From assembly GCA_023395595.1 (NCBI GenBank), contig JAEWYO010000070.1, positions 36,093 through 100,092 on the forward strand: a DNA stretch of 64,000 bases, written 5' to 3'. Numbering within the stretch: the first letter of the stretch is position 1; each line of letters opens with the position of its first letter. Of this stretch, positions 34,921-43,277 are shown one piece after another. Below the pieces are notes generated by a model. That model made no database searches. It worked only from the letters and a program-made list of their open reading frames with translations, and was not told the origin of the DNA. The stretch is from Bacillota bacterium (GTDB lineage Bacteria; Bacillota; Clostridia; Christensenellales; CAG-138). A program made the position numbers and the translations under genes.

Positions 34921-36522
34921 ATGGAACAAACGAAAGCAAAAGCGGGGGAAATGAGCCGGATGATGCTCATCCGAAGAATTGTGCAGGCGATATCGTTCGT
35001 GCTGTTTCCGGGGTTGTTCCTTTCCACATTTGCGGGAATCAAATCGATTGTGACAGCGATCATCAACGCTACGTTCTCTGTTACGCAGCAGGCGGGTGAC
35101 CTGATCCTTGTAATCTCCATGCTGCTGATCACGGCGATTATGGGGTGCTTCTTCTGTGGATTTCTCTGCTCATTTGGCTCCATCGGAGATTTGTTCTGGT
35201 TTCTGGGAACCAAACTAAAGATCCGGCGTCCGAAGATTTCGCAGCGAGCGGATCGTGTGCTCAAAAGCTTGAAATACATCCTTCTCGCCGGAATCGTCTT
35301 GTTGGGCTGGGTGCTTGGCATGTCGCTGCTCAGTGGAACGTCGAACCCCTGGACGATCTTCGGCATGTACGCGACCCTCTCCGGTTGGGCGGATCTGTCC
35401 GCATGGATCTCGGTTGGTGCGCTGCTGTTGCTGCTCATTCTCGCTGGGTCCATGTTTGTGGAACGGTTCTTTTGCCGCTATCTTTGCCCGCTGGGAGCCG
35501 TGTTTGCGGTTGTTTCCAAGTTCCGGCTGTTCAAGATCCGGAAACCCGCGCAAAATTGCGGCGGATGCCGGGCTTGCACCAAGCGGTGTTCCATGGGCAT
35601 TCCGCTGTATCGCATGAATGTTGTGAATGATGGGGAGTGCATCGATTGCATGAACTGTGTTGAGATTTGCCCGCGCAACAATGTGAAAGCAAACCCCAGG
35701 CCTGCGCTGGCTGCCGCAGTCGCGGTAGCCGCCATTAGCGGAATGTATATGGCGGGCAATCTCGCGTCCGGCGCTGCAAATGCAGAATCCAGCGTCACCG
35801 CGGCGATGACGAGCGACGCAGAAAGCACCACGCTTGGTTCCTACATCGACGGGGTCTATACCGGAAGTGGATCAGGTTTTCGCGGAACCACTCAGGTTCA
35901 GGTTACGGTATCGAACGGGTATCTGGAGGACATCACGGTGCTATCAACGGGCGACGACGCGGAGTTTTTTAACAAAGCGCAGAGCAGTGTTATTGCGCAG
36001 ATCATCTCTTCTCAGAGTGTTTCGGTTGACACTGTCTCCGGTGCGACGTTCAGCAGCGACGGCATCATCGCTGCGGTGACGGATGCACTCGCAAGTGCAC
36101 TCGGCACAGCGAACACGGCAACCACCCCGTCCACACAGCAGACGACTGATGCAACCGCGACCGAGTCGGCAAGCAATGCAAGCACGGACGCAGCGTCCGG
36201 TTTGATCGCTCTGGCCGACGGTGTTTATACCGGTTCGGGGACTGGTTTTCGCGGGGAAACAACCGTACGTGTCGTCGTTGAGAAAAGTTCTATCGTCTCG
36301 ATCGAAGTGACTTGCTACAGCGACGATCAGCGGTACTTCTCCCGCGCGGAAACGACGATCATCAATGAGATCATCGCGGGTCAAACACCGGATGTCGATG
36401 CGGTTTCGGGAGCGACCTACAGCAGCAACGGCATCATGGAAGCTGTCGCAAATGCGCTGGGAATCGAGTTTACAGCAACCACGCCCGCCTCGGGAAGTCA
36501 CGGAGGGCACGGACGGCATTGA
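34921..36522 (+). CDS. NapH/NosR-like membrane polyferredoxin with two C-terminal FMN-binding domains
   Basis: 533 aa. It contains CGFLCSFG and FFCRYLCPLGAVF membrane Cys motifs. Two 4Fe-4S motifs are present (CGGCRACTKRC and CIDCMNCVEICP). Two FMN_bind flavinylation motifs are DTVSGAT (36028-36048) and DAVSGAT (36397-36417). Confidence 0.8.
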   Translation: MEQTKAKAGEMSRMMLIRRIVQAISFVLFPGLFLSTFAGIKSIVTAIINATFSVTQQAGDLILVISMLLITAIMGCFFCGFLCSFGSIGDLFWFLGTKLKIRRPKISQRADRVLKSLKYILLAGIVLLGWVLGMSLLSGTSNPWTIFGMYATLSGWADLSAWISVGALLLLLILAGSMFVERFFCRYLCPLGAVFAVVSKFRLFKIRKPAQNCGGCRACTKRCSMGIPLYRMNVVNDGECIDCMNCVEICPRNNVKANPRPALAAAVAVAAISGMYMAGNLASGAANAESSVTAAMTSDAESTTLGSYIDGVYTGSGSGFRGTTQVQVTVSNGYLEDITVLSTGDDAEFFNKAQSSVIAQIISSQSVSVDTVSGATFSSDGIIAAVTDALASALGTANTATTPSTQQTTDATATESASNASTDAASGLIALADGVYTGSGTGFRGETTVRVVVEKSSIVSIEVTCYSDDQRYFSRAETTIINEIIAGQTPDVDAVSGATYSSNGIMEAVANALGIEFTATTPASGSHGGHGRH

Positions 36523-36536
36523 TTGAATCATATGGG

Positions 36537-36580
36537 AAACGCTCTTGCGGCGAATATGCTGCAAGAGCGTTTTCTTTTCT
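36537..36580 (+). terminator. rho-independent terminator closing the VTC-to-polyferredoxin cluster
   Basis: A stem of 12 bp or more, AAACGCTCTTGC/GCAAGAGCGTTT, is followed by TCTTTTC. Confidence 0.8.
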
Positions 36581-36780
36581 ACCGAATCGATTTTGTGTTT
36601 TCGAAGTGAATTTCGACGGACGACTCCAGCGTGTATATCACGTGACACAACGTTGCAATTTGCAGAATCGCCAGGTGAGCGCTTCGCTGGATGCGTGATG
36701 AGAATTGGCGATGATAAGCGAACTTGATAGCGAGTAACGTCGGTGGCGGGGGTTGCCGCACAGTCTGGTACAACTTGATG

Positions 36781-38025
36781 TCAACACGAGGAAGATTCGA
36801 CGTTGAGGCTCTTGACCCACTTGAAATCATCGGTGTGCAAAAAATCGTCAAATATCACAGCTGCGGCTCCGAGGGGTAGATCATCTTCCAATGAAGGTGA
36901 GAGCACTTTGATTTCGACATTGCTGAACACCATCATGCAGTTTTCGCGGATGGCTGACTCTAGATTTTGAAGGAAAAAATCACCTAGCCCGATCATATAA
37001 CCGTGCAGAAAGACGCACTGTGGATTGAGCAGGTTGACTGCGTTGGCAATTGCGAGACCGAGCAGTTGCGTAGACTCTTTTATAAAGTGGCAGCAAAGCT
37101 TGTCGCCGCTGTCCAGCGCGCGTTTGACATCCTGTACCGTCAACTCCTGCTTGCAATCGTAATAACTGTTGAGCACGGAGAATACGCCGCGTTCCAAAGC
37201 GCCTAAAATATTGGCGCGGACGGCGGGGAATGCCGCGGAAGCCTCGACGCAGCCCACCTTGCCGCAACTGCAGATGCGCTCGTTTGTGTGCACGACGGTA
37301 TCGCCGATTTGCCCCGCAACATTGTTTGCGCCACGAACGACGCTGCCGTTGACATAAAAGCTCATTCCAACGCCGTTGCACAGATCCAAACAGATGAAAT
37401 CTTTCAAACCCTTTGCTGCGCCAAACTTTTCTTCGGCGATGGAGGTAAGAATGCCGCGCGCAAAGACGGCAACAGGCAGATCAAACTGCGTTTGCAGAAT
37501 CGATTTGAGATCATGATTGACCCAATCGTTGAATGCAATCAACGTGGGGAAGAGGTTACCCGTCTCATCCCAATGCCCTGGAGCCGGGCCGGGATCGCAA
37601 ACGCCGATGCCGAGAATCTTTCGATTGGAATACTGCGCGAGTAAATCCTGAATCGTCGTAATGATCTGCTGCACGAGCTCGTCGATTGAGCCGCTGGAAT
37701 GAATCCGGTTGGAAACCGACTTTTGCACGGTGCCATCGATAGTAAGCAAGTTTGTTATGATTGTGGAAGCATTAATTGAAATGCCGATTGCACAAATGTA
37801 ATCGGAGTTCAAGCCGAGGAGCGTGCGATGGCGACCCTGGCCGCTTGCGGCAGAGCCGGTTTCGACCAGCAAATTTTCGTCCATGAGCTCATTGATGATG
37901 TCCCCGATTGCTGCGGGTCGATAATCTGTAATCTCGGCCAACTTCGTGCGACTGATCGGGCCAAGGGAATGGATAAGATTGAGAACCAGATACCGCCGGT
38001 ACTCTTTATAATTTAAGAAATTCAC
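36781..38025 (-). CDS. ROK-family transcriptional regulator (NagC/XylR-like)
   Basis: The track start at 38211 is over-extended. AGGAAA RBS followed by GTG 38025 gives 414 aa with an N-terminal winged-helix region (LNLIHSLGPISRTKLAEITDYRPAAIGDIINELM). The ROK sugar-kinase-like body has the Cys motif CSCGKVGCVE. Confidence 0.8.
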   Translation of the reverse strand: MNFLNYKEYRRYLVLNLIHSLGPISRTKLAEITDYRPAAIGDIINELMDENLLVETGSAASGQGRHRTLLGLNSDYICAIGISINASTIITNLLTIDGTVQKSVSNRIHSSGSIDELVQQIITTIQDLLAQYSNRKILGIGVCDPGPAPGHWDETGNLFPTLIAFNDWVNHDLKSILQTQFDLPVAVFARGILTSIAEEKFGAAKGLKDFICLDLCNGVGMSFYVNGSVVRGANNVAGQIGDTVVHTNERICSCGKVGCVEASAAFPAVRANILGALERGVFSVLNSYYDCKQELTVQDVKRALDSGDKLCCHFIKESTQLLGLAIANAVNLLNPQCVFLHGYMIGLGDFFLQNLESAIRENCMMVFSNVEIKVLSPSLEDDLPLGAAAVIFDDFLHTDDFKWVKSLNVESSSC

Positions 38026-38581
38026 ATACGTTTCCTGCCTTTTTATCCATTTTAACACAAGCACAAAAAACTGCAACCACTCCCGAACGGAAAACACGTC
38101 AAAATTCGAAATAAGTACAAACGCCGTCCAAATATTTGTGTTTTCGGGGAAAAGGTGTGTAAAATATTCGAAAACAGAAATAATAATAATATAAAATAGG
38201 TAAATACACATTGAATACGTGAAATAAAGTTACGAAAACAAATAAAATGGTATTGCAAACATCATTCTGCGGTGGTATTCTGAGGATACAAAATTTCGAA
38301 AAACAAATCAAAGGCGATTTCATATTAAATACGGAATCGAAATTAACACCTTATATCCAGAGCAAACACCAAACGATCGCTTCTCCAACACCCTGCGGTG
38401 AGACGCATGAGGGTCAGGTTTCGTTTACGCATCGATCAATCAACTTTAAAAGCGAACGCTCGCTTCCCAATATTGAACAATCATAGCGATTCAAATATCA
38501 AGAAGCCTTGAAGCAACATCGATTTATCGCCGCCGCGTGCGGCAGCGCATAAAGAAACAAAATGAGGAGGAAGAACACCAC

Positions 38582-40300
38582 ATGAAGAAGACCATTGCAA
38601 TGCTTCTGGTAACGATCATGGCTCTTGGCGTACTGGCAGGATGCGCGGCAACGGCGCCGGCACAACCCGCCAGCACGGAAGCCCCGGCAGAAGCGACCGC
38701 AGAAGCGACAGCCACTCCGGTTGTGGAAGATCTCAGCGAAACAGGCACACTCAAGCTCGCCTGGGTAGCCGGAATCGGCACAAACTCCATCTTTGAGTGC
38801 CCGTATACGGACATCAAGTGTCTCTACCCGAACATGCTCTTCAGCACGCTGGTCAAGGCGCAGCCCAACAGCACGTTCACGGGTGATCTCGCAACGGAAT
38901 ACACCGTTTCGGACGACGGCCTCGTCTACACCTTCAAGCTCAACCCCGCGGCGACGTTCTCGGACGGCACGGCTGTGACGGCGGACGATGTGGTGTTCTC
39001 GATCAATACCGCCATCGCGTATGAAAAATCCTGGGTCAAACAGTTCATGAAGAACATCGTCGGTGTCGCGGATGTTACCTCGGGTGCGGCAACGGAACTC
39101 GCCGGTGTGAAAGCAATCGACGCGAACACCGTTGAAATCACCGAAGGTATCGCCGACAACGCGCTGCTCTACGGCCTTGCGCTGACCTCGATTCTCCCGG
39201 CACACGCGTTTGAAGGCGTTGCGTACAATGACGTACCGACCAACGAAACCTTCTGGAGCAAACCGTATGGCTCCGGGCAATATGTGATCGATCAGGTCTC
39301 CTTCCCGAACTATTTCACGATGGTTCGCAACGAGAGCTACTTCGGTACACCCGCTGGCATCAAAAATGTTCTCTTCACCAGCTATGACGCAGGCGGCAAC
39401 GATGCCATCGTCAGCGCGGCAATCGCGGGCGACTTGGACTTTATCTTTGGCGACGCGGTTAACGACAGCAACACGATGAAGAACATCGTCGCGCAGAATG
39501 CCGACATGGTCAGCGCGGTTGTCCCGTCTTCCTATACGCGTCAGTTCCGTTTCAACCTGACGGGTTCCACGGATAACCAGTATAACTCGTTTGTGCAGGA
39601 TGTCCGCGTCCGCACCGCGTTTGAACTGCTCATGGACAAGGCGACCTGCGCCGCGTTCTATGGTGATCAGGCAAATGCCGCAATCACCATGATCAACCCG
39701 AACGACTCGCTCTTTGACACCTCGCTCACGCTCACGCCGTTCGACGTGGCCGCGGCAAAGGCACTGCTCGACGAAGCGGGCTATGACTACAGCAAGACTG
39801 TTCGTGTGCTCTACTACTATAGCGATCAGACCACGGCGGACATCATGGAAGTGCTGCGCCAGGGCTTTGAACAGGCAGGCGTGAAGTTTGAATCCTTCCT
39901 GGCTTCCGGCGATCTGGCAAGCATCATCTACACCCAGCGCAACTGGGACATGATCTACTCCGGCGGCGGCTCGGTTGCCGTTCCTGCGTATGGTTATGCG
40001 CTGCTCGTGCCGGATGGCGGCAATTGGGACTCCCTCTTTGGCAGCGTGGAAGAGCGCGCGGCGACGTATGGCGCTTCCTACAACCAGTTCCTGAGTGCGA
40101 AGGACGAAACAACGGCGAAATCCGCTGTGGTTGCTCTCCAGCAGCAGCAGGTCAAGGATAAATATGACATCGACCTCTACAACCTGAGCAAGATGGTTGC
40201 CTACAACGGCGCACACGTTGCGTTTGACACCTCGATTCTCGCAGGAGACTATCAGCAGTCCAAAGACTATAAGTTTGAAAACTGGAAGCTGATTGGTTGA
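38582..40300 (+). CDS. family-5 (Opp/Dpp-type) ABC transporter substrate-binding lipoprotein
   Basis: GAGGAGG RBS followed by ATG 38582. The signal peptide MKKTIAMLLVTIMALGVLAGC carries a lipobox. It is about 570 aa, with the size and layout of peptide/nickel/oligosaccharide binding proteins. Confidence 0.85.
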   Translation: MKKTIAMLLVTIMALGVLAGCAATAPAQPASTEAPAEATAEATATPVVEDLSETGTLKLAWVAGIGTNSIFECPYTDIKCLYPNMLFSTLVKAQPNSTFTGDLATEYTVSDDGLVYTFKLNPAATFSDGTAVTADDVVFSINTAIAYEKSWVKQFMKNIVGVADVTSGAATELAGVKAIDANTVEITEGIADNALLYGLALTSILPAHAFEGVAYNDVPTNETFWSKPYGSGQYVIDQVSFPNYFTMVRNESYFGTPAGIKNVLFTSYDAGGNDAIVSAAIAGDLDFIFGDAVNDSNTMKNIVAQNADMVSAVVPSSYTRQFRFNLTGSTDNQYNSFVQDVRVRTAFELLMDKATCAAFYGDQANAAITMINPNDSLFDTSLTLTPFDVAAAKALLDEAGYDYSKTVRVLYYYSDQTTADIMEVLRQGFEQAGVKFESFLASGDLASIIYTQRNWDMIYSGGGSVAVPAYGYALLVPDGGNWDSLFGSVEERAATYGASYNQFLSAKDETTAKSAVVALQQQQVKDKYDIDLYNLSKMVAYNGAHVAFDTSILAGDYQQSKDYKFENWKLIG

Positions 40301-40327
40301 TTTTCAAACCATAGAACACTAACATGG

Positions 40328-40366
40328 GTATGGCGGGCGCTGGTAAGTGTACCGGCCCCGCCATAC
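40328..40366 (+). other. intercistronic stem-loop after the SBP gene (possible attenuator or mRNA stabiliser)
   Basis: A 10-bp stem GTATGGCGGG/CCCGCCATAC encloses an inner 6-bp helix. No T-tract follows. Confidence 0.5.
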
Positions 40367-40393
40367 TACTGAACGAATGTTAGGAGGATGCGC

Positions 40394-41353
40394 GTGCTCA
40401 AATACTTTGGAAAACGACTGCTCTCGCTGCTGCCAAAGCTGCTGGTCATCTCCGCGATTATCTTTATCGGACTCCAGCTTTTGCCCGGTGATGCAATCAC
40501 AAGAACGGTTCCACCCGACATCTATGCGCAGATGACGACCGAACAGCTCGATGCTCTGCGCGAAAGTCTTGGGTTAAACGCGCCCCTGCCGGTTCAGTAT
40601 TTTCGCTGGCTGGGCAAGATGCTGCAAGGGGATCTTGGCTACAGCATCGTTTCCGGCAGCAATATCTCCGTCATGCTGGCGGCGCGCCTGCCTGCGACGC
40701 TGGAACTCGTTGGCCTCGGGTTGCTGGTTGCAACCGTGCTTGGTCTGATCCTCGGATACTTCTCCGCGGTCAAGCAAAACACACCGTTTGACTATCTTTG
40801 CACCACGTTTGGCATGCTCGGCGTCTCCGTGCCGGAGTTTTTTCTCGGCATGGTGGTGATCGTACTGTTTGCCATTCAGCTCAAGTGGTTCCCGACGGGC
40901 GGCCGCATGGCGCCGGGGAAAGAAGCGTTTTTTGACCGGATCGAATACCTTGTGCTGCCCGTGCTTTGCCTCGGCACCGCGTATATCGCGACCATTATGC
41001 GCTATACGAGAGGCTCCATGCTCGATGTACTCAACAAGGACTACATCACGACCGCGCGCAGCAAGGGAATCTCTGAAAACAAAGTGAATTTTCGCCACGG
41101 GTTTCGCAACGCGATTATACCTGTCATCGTCACCATCGTGTTCCGCCTGCCGATGCTGGTCGGCGGCACCGTGGTCATCGAAAGCGTGTTTAACTACCCC
41201 GGCATGGGAAACATGCTGCTTTCCGCAATCTCCGGTGGTGACATGCCTGTTGTGATGATTTCTACCTTTATTATCGCAATCGTCGTGCTGCTCTCCAGCG
41301 TATTGGCGGATTTGATTACCGCAATGCTCGATCCGCGAATCCGGCTGAACTGA
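40394..41353 (+). CDS. ABC transporter permease (DppB/OppB type)
   Basis: AGGAGG (40382-40387) followed by GTG 40394 gives (M)LKYFGKRLLSLLPKLLVIS, the canonical DppB N-terminus. ATG 40388 directly abuts the RBS. Confidence 0.85.
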   Translation: MLKYFGKRLLSLLPKLLVISAIIFIGLQLLPGDAITRTVPPDIYAQMTTEQLDALRESLGLNAPLPVQYFRWLGKMLQGDLGYSIVSGSNISVMLAARLPATLELVGLGLLVATVLGLILGYFSAVKQNTPFDYLCTTFGMLGVSVPEFFLGMVVIVLFAIQLKWFPTGGRMAPGKEAFFDRIEYLVLPVLCLGTAYIATIMRYTRGSMLDVLNKDYITTARSKGISENKVNFRHGFRNAIIPVIVTIVFRLPMLVGGTVVIESVFNYPGMGNMLLSAISGGDMPVVMISTFIIAIVVLLSSVLADLITAMLDPRIRLN

Positions 41354-41366
41354 CAGGAGGAATGGG

Positions 41367-42248
41367 ATGATGAGACAAAGCAGGCATTCAACCCGTCCGA
41401 GAGCCAGAAAGTCGAGTCTGGCAAAGCGGAATCTCTATAAGTTTTTTACGAATCGCATGGCGGTATTGGGCCTTTCAATCATACTGCTGATGATTCTTGC
41501 GGCGATTTTCGCCCCGCTGCTCTCGCCGTATTCACCGACAACGGTCGATCCGGCGAACCGGTATCTGCCGAGTTCTGCCGAGCACTGGTTGGGCACGGAT
41601 CAGCTCGGACGCGACCTGCTCACGAGGCTTTTGTACGGCGGGCGCGTCTCGATTTTCGTCGGCATGGTCGGCGCAATCTGCGCGGCGTTGGTCGGCAGCG
41701 TGCTCGGGTGCGTCGCGGGCTACTTCGGCGGCAAAGTGGATAGCGTCATCGTTTATATCTCGGAGATCTTCATGGTCTTTCCGCAGATCCTATTGGTGCT
41801 CATTCTCGTCGGCTTTGTGGGCCAGAGCCTGAAGAACCTGATCATCATCTTCACGGTCACCGGCTGGGCGAGCGTCTGCCGTATTGTGCGCAGCCGGATT
41901 CTCTCACTCAAAGAGGAGACGTTTGTGGAGAGCTGCCGCGCCAACGGCATTGGCGGGATGTCGATCATGTTTCGCCATATGCTGCCCAATACGATGGGCC
42001 CGATCGTGGTCAACATCACGCTCGCAACCGCAGGATTCCTGCTGCAAGAGTCTGCGCTTAGCTTTTTGAATATGGGCGTGCCGACCAGTATCCCGACCTG
42101 GGGTAACATCATCAACGCGGCGCGAAACATGAACGTCATTCAGAATTATCCGTTGATGTGGATTGCGCCCGGCGTGTGCATCTGCCTGTTTGTCCTTGGC
42201 GTCAACTTCTTTGGCGACGGGCTCCGGGACGTTCTGGACCCGACATAA
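41367..42248 (+). CDS. ABC transporter permease (DppC/OppC type)
   Basis: 293 aa, with an AGGAGG RBS. HWLGTDQLGRDLLTRLLYGGRVS is the typical OppC N-terminal motif. Confidence 0.85.
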   Translation: MMRQSRHSTRPRARKSSLAKRNLYKFFTNRMAVLGLSIILLMILAAIFAPLLSPYSPTTVDPANRYLPSSAEHWLGTDQLGRDLLTRLLYGGRVSIFVGMVGAICAALVGSVLGCVAGYFGGKVDSVIVYISEIFMVFPQILLVLILVGFVGQSLKNLIIIFTVTGWASVCRIVRSRILSLKEETFVESCRANGIGGMSIMFRHMLPNTMGPIVVNITLATAGFLLQESALSFLNMGVPTSIPTWGNIINAARNMNVIQNYPLMWIAPGVCICLFVLGVNFFGDGLRDVLDPT

Positions 42249-42266
42249 AAGGAGGGGGTGCGTAAG

Positions 42267-43277
42267 ATGGAACAAGATATGATTCTGCGGGTCAAGCACC
42301 TGCAAGTGAAGATTAAAGTAGGCCGGCGCATGGTTCACGCGGTCAACGACGTGAGCTTTGATCTCAAGCGCGGCAAAACGCTTGGCATCGTCGGCGAGAG
42401 TGGATGCGGCAAGAGCGTGACCGCACGCGCGATTATGCAGCTTTTGCCGAAGGCCGGCAATATTACAAAGGGCGCAATCACGTATTTCGGCAACGAAAAA
42501 CCGGTGGAGATCGCCTCCTGCAAGCGAAACAGCAAAAAGATTCGCAACATTCGCGGCGCGGATATTTCGATGATCTTCCAAGACCCGATGTCTGCGCTCA
42601 ACCCGGTCTACTCCATCGGCAGGCAGATTTCCGAGAATCTGCTGCAACACGAGCGTCTTTCCAAGAAAGAAGCGCGCGCGCGCGTGATCGAGATGCTCAA
42701 AGACCTTGGCATCCCGATTCCGGAGCAAAGATATGACGAATATCCCCATCAGTTCTCCGGTGGCATGCGTCAGCGCGTCATGATCGGCATTGCGATGATC
42801 TGCAACCCGGGCATTTTGATTGCGGACGAACCGACCACGGCGCTGGATGTCACCATTCAGGCGCAGATTCTGGAGCTGATGAAACGGGTACAGCAGCAGC
42901 ATGGTACATCCGTGATCCTCATTACGCACAACATGGGCATCGTGGCGGAAGCGTGCGACGACGTTGCGGTGATGTACATGGGGCGCGTGGTGGAATATGG
43001 CACGCTGGAGCAGGTGTTCAACCATCCGCTGCATCCGTATACCTGCGCGCTGATGCGCTCCGTTCCCGTGCTGGGCATCGGCAAGGACAAAAAGCTGGAG
43101 TCCATCAAGGGTTCCACGCCGGATGCTTCCATTGAGTTTACGCACTGCGAGTTTGCAGAGCGGTGCGATCATTGCACCCAGCGCTGCCTCGAAGGATTGC
43201 CGCAGGATCGCATCTTGCCGGATGGGCACCGCGTGCGCTGCTTCCGCTATGCCGAGGAGGGTGAGGCAAATGATTAA
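42267..43277 (+). CDS. ABC transporter ATP-binding protein (DppD/OppD type)
   Basis: Walker A is GESGCGKS and the signature is FSGGMRQR. The C-terminal oligopeptide-type extension carries Cys residues. AAGGAGGGGG RBS followed by ATG 42267. Confidence 0.9.
   Translation: MEQDMILRVKHLQVKIKVGRRMVHAVNDVSFDLKRGKTLGIVGESGCGKSVTARAIMQLLPKAGNITKGAITYFGNEKPVEIASCKRNSKKIRNIRGADISMIFQDPMSALNPVYSIGRQISENLLQHERLSKKEARARVIEMLKDLGIPIPEQRYDEYPHQFSGGMRQRVMIGIAMICNPGILIADEPTTALDVTIQAQILELMKRVQQQHGTSVILITHNMGIVAEACDDVAVMYMGRVVEYGTLEQVFNHPLHPYTCALMRSVPVLGIGKDKKLESIKGSTPDASIEFTHCEFAERCDHCTQRCLEGLPQDRILPDGHRVRCFRYAEEGEAND

Noticed and set aside
34428-35453. A 341-aa minus-strand ORF spanning the end of the phosphodiester-glycosidase gene, the small membrane gene and the start of the polyferredoxin gene.
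   Set aside because: It crosses three well-supported plus-strand genes, has no family resemblance and has an Arg/Pro/His-rich composition. It is an antisense artefact.
38498-40216. A 572-aa minus-strand ORF opposite the family-5 SBP gene. Similar long antisense ORFs lie at 22939-24390 (483 aa), 41904-43229 (441 aa), 43138-44412 (424 aa), 44441-46045 (534 aa), 18332-19477 (381 aa, plus strand) and 47721-48542 (273 aa).
   Set aside because: All lie exactly opposite genes with strong family signatures. They have Arg/His/Ala-rich low-complexity composition and lack RBSs. They also cross several real gene boundaries. I judge them compositional artefacts, not overlapping genes.
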